NCBI GenBank assembly: GCA_016283935.1
Contig: JAEENX010000020.1
Span: forward strand, 11,268-75,267
Direction: 5' to 3'
DNA from: Bacilli bacterium
GTDB taxonomy: Bacteria > Bacillota_I > Bacilli_A > RF39 > UBA660
Length of the DNA: 64,000 bases
This document shows, one piece after another, positions 63,847 through 64,000 of the stretch. The notes beneath the pieces are model-generated. The model searched no databases. It was not told where the DNA came from and saw only the letters and a program-made list of their open reading frames with translations. A program made the position numbers and the translations under genes. Position 1 is the stretch's first letter; each line of letters begins with the position of its first letter.

Positions 63847-64000
63847 CTATTATTTCAGCATAATTTGAAAAATCTAATTCTCTTATGTATTTTTCACATT
63901 CTTCAAAATTTAATGAATCAACAAATTCAACAGTATCGATTCCATCAAAAGTATACTTAGTAATATTATATGAATACTCATTAACTATGTTATATATATT
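63833..64000 (-). CDS. 3' end of an unidentified gene (partial; start lies right of the window)
   Basis: The open minus-strand frame reads ...NIYNIVNEYSYNITKYTFDGIDTVEFVDSLNFEECEKYIRELDFSNYAEIIDKKE*. It is not in the ORF track because it is truncated. Confidence 0.4.
   Translation of the reverse strand, partial: NIYNIVNEYSYNITKYTFDGIDTVEFVDSLNFEECEKYIRELDFSNYAEIIDKKE

Noticed and set aside
1-64000. Alternative genetic code (TGA as Trp or Gly, as in Mycoplasma or some candidate phyla), suggested by the very low G+C
   Set aside because: TGA terminates genes at 15655, 38271 and 56529 and is immediately followed by the next gene's SD/ATG. Trp is encoded by TGG in the places I checked. The ORFs are full-length under code 11.
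1-64000. CRISPR arrays, IS elements, integrases, prophage or rRNA/tRNA genes
   Set aside because: I saw no regularly spaced direct repeats, no transposase, recombinase or phage-like ORFs, and no long non-coding stretch apart from 5717-6058. Nothing supports a mobile or RNA-gene cluster.

Overview
This is a very AT-rich (by eye about a quarter to a third G+C; not computed), extremely gene-dense chromosomal segment from a low-G+C Firmicutes-type bacterium. My guess is a Bacilli/Erysipelotrichia-like or wall-bearing Mollicutes-related lineage. The genetic code looks standard (11): TGA ends genes at 15655, 38271 and 56529, each followed directly by the next gene's SD/ATG, and Trp is TGG. I call 57 protein-coding genes, 53 on the minus strand. 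I found no rRNA, tRNA, CRISPR array, transposase or integrase. The backbone is housekeeping, with Bacillus-like synteny blocks: rpsU-yqeY...ybeY-era-recO, dnaG-sigA-trmK, lepA...hemW, rplU-prp-rpmA and dnaD-nth. Other housekeeping genes are gpsA, PFOR, pdp, mscL, mnmA, frr, a SEDS protein, nfo, parC, mutS, lon, ylbL, yfhO, cca and an ABC exporter. Lineage-specific genes are scattered between these. The items most worth a second look: (1) a self-contained two-gene operon of unrecognisable ~495-aa paralogs whose C-terminal module and a 96-nt DNA tract are nearly identical; (2) a promoter-to-terminator ~175-nt GC-enriched RNA element in the only long non-coding gap, upstream of the PFOR operon, which I cannot assign to a family; (3) an in-frame cytidylate kinase-AlaRS fusion with an internal SD/ATG, no C-Ala domain and no T-box; (4) five prepilin-type genes in two loci with no assembly ATPase, platform or peptidase in view, sharing an identical 11-nt leader motif, one being a 590-aa protein with both a prepilin N-terminus and a C-terminal TM anchor; (5) small 6-Cys membrane proteins and a translationally coupled 74-aa protein flanking PFOR; (6) an orphan HerA-like ATPase; (7) a degenerate RnfC/RnfD-like pair; (8) a hairpin that sequesters the dnaG SD. 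Many ORF-track starts are the GTG inside an AGGTGA-type SD, and I moved those to the ATG just downstream. All functional calls come from motif recognition by eye, with no database search.
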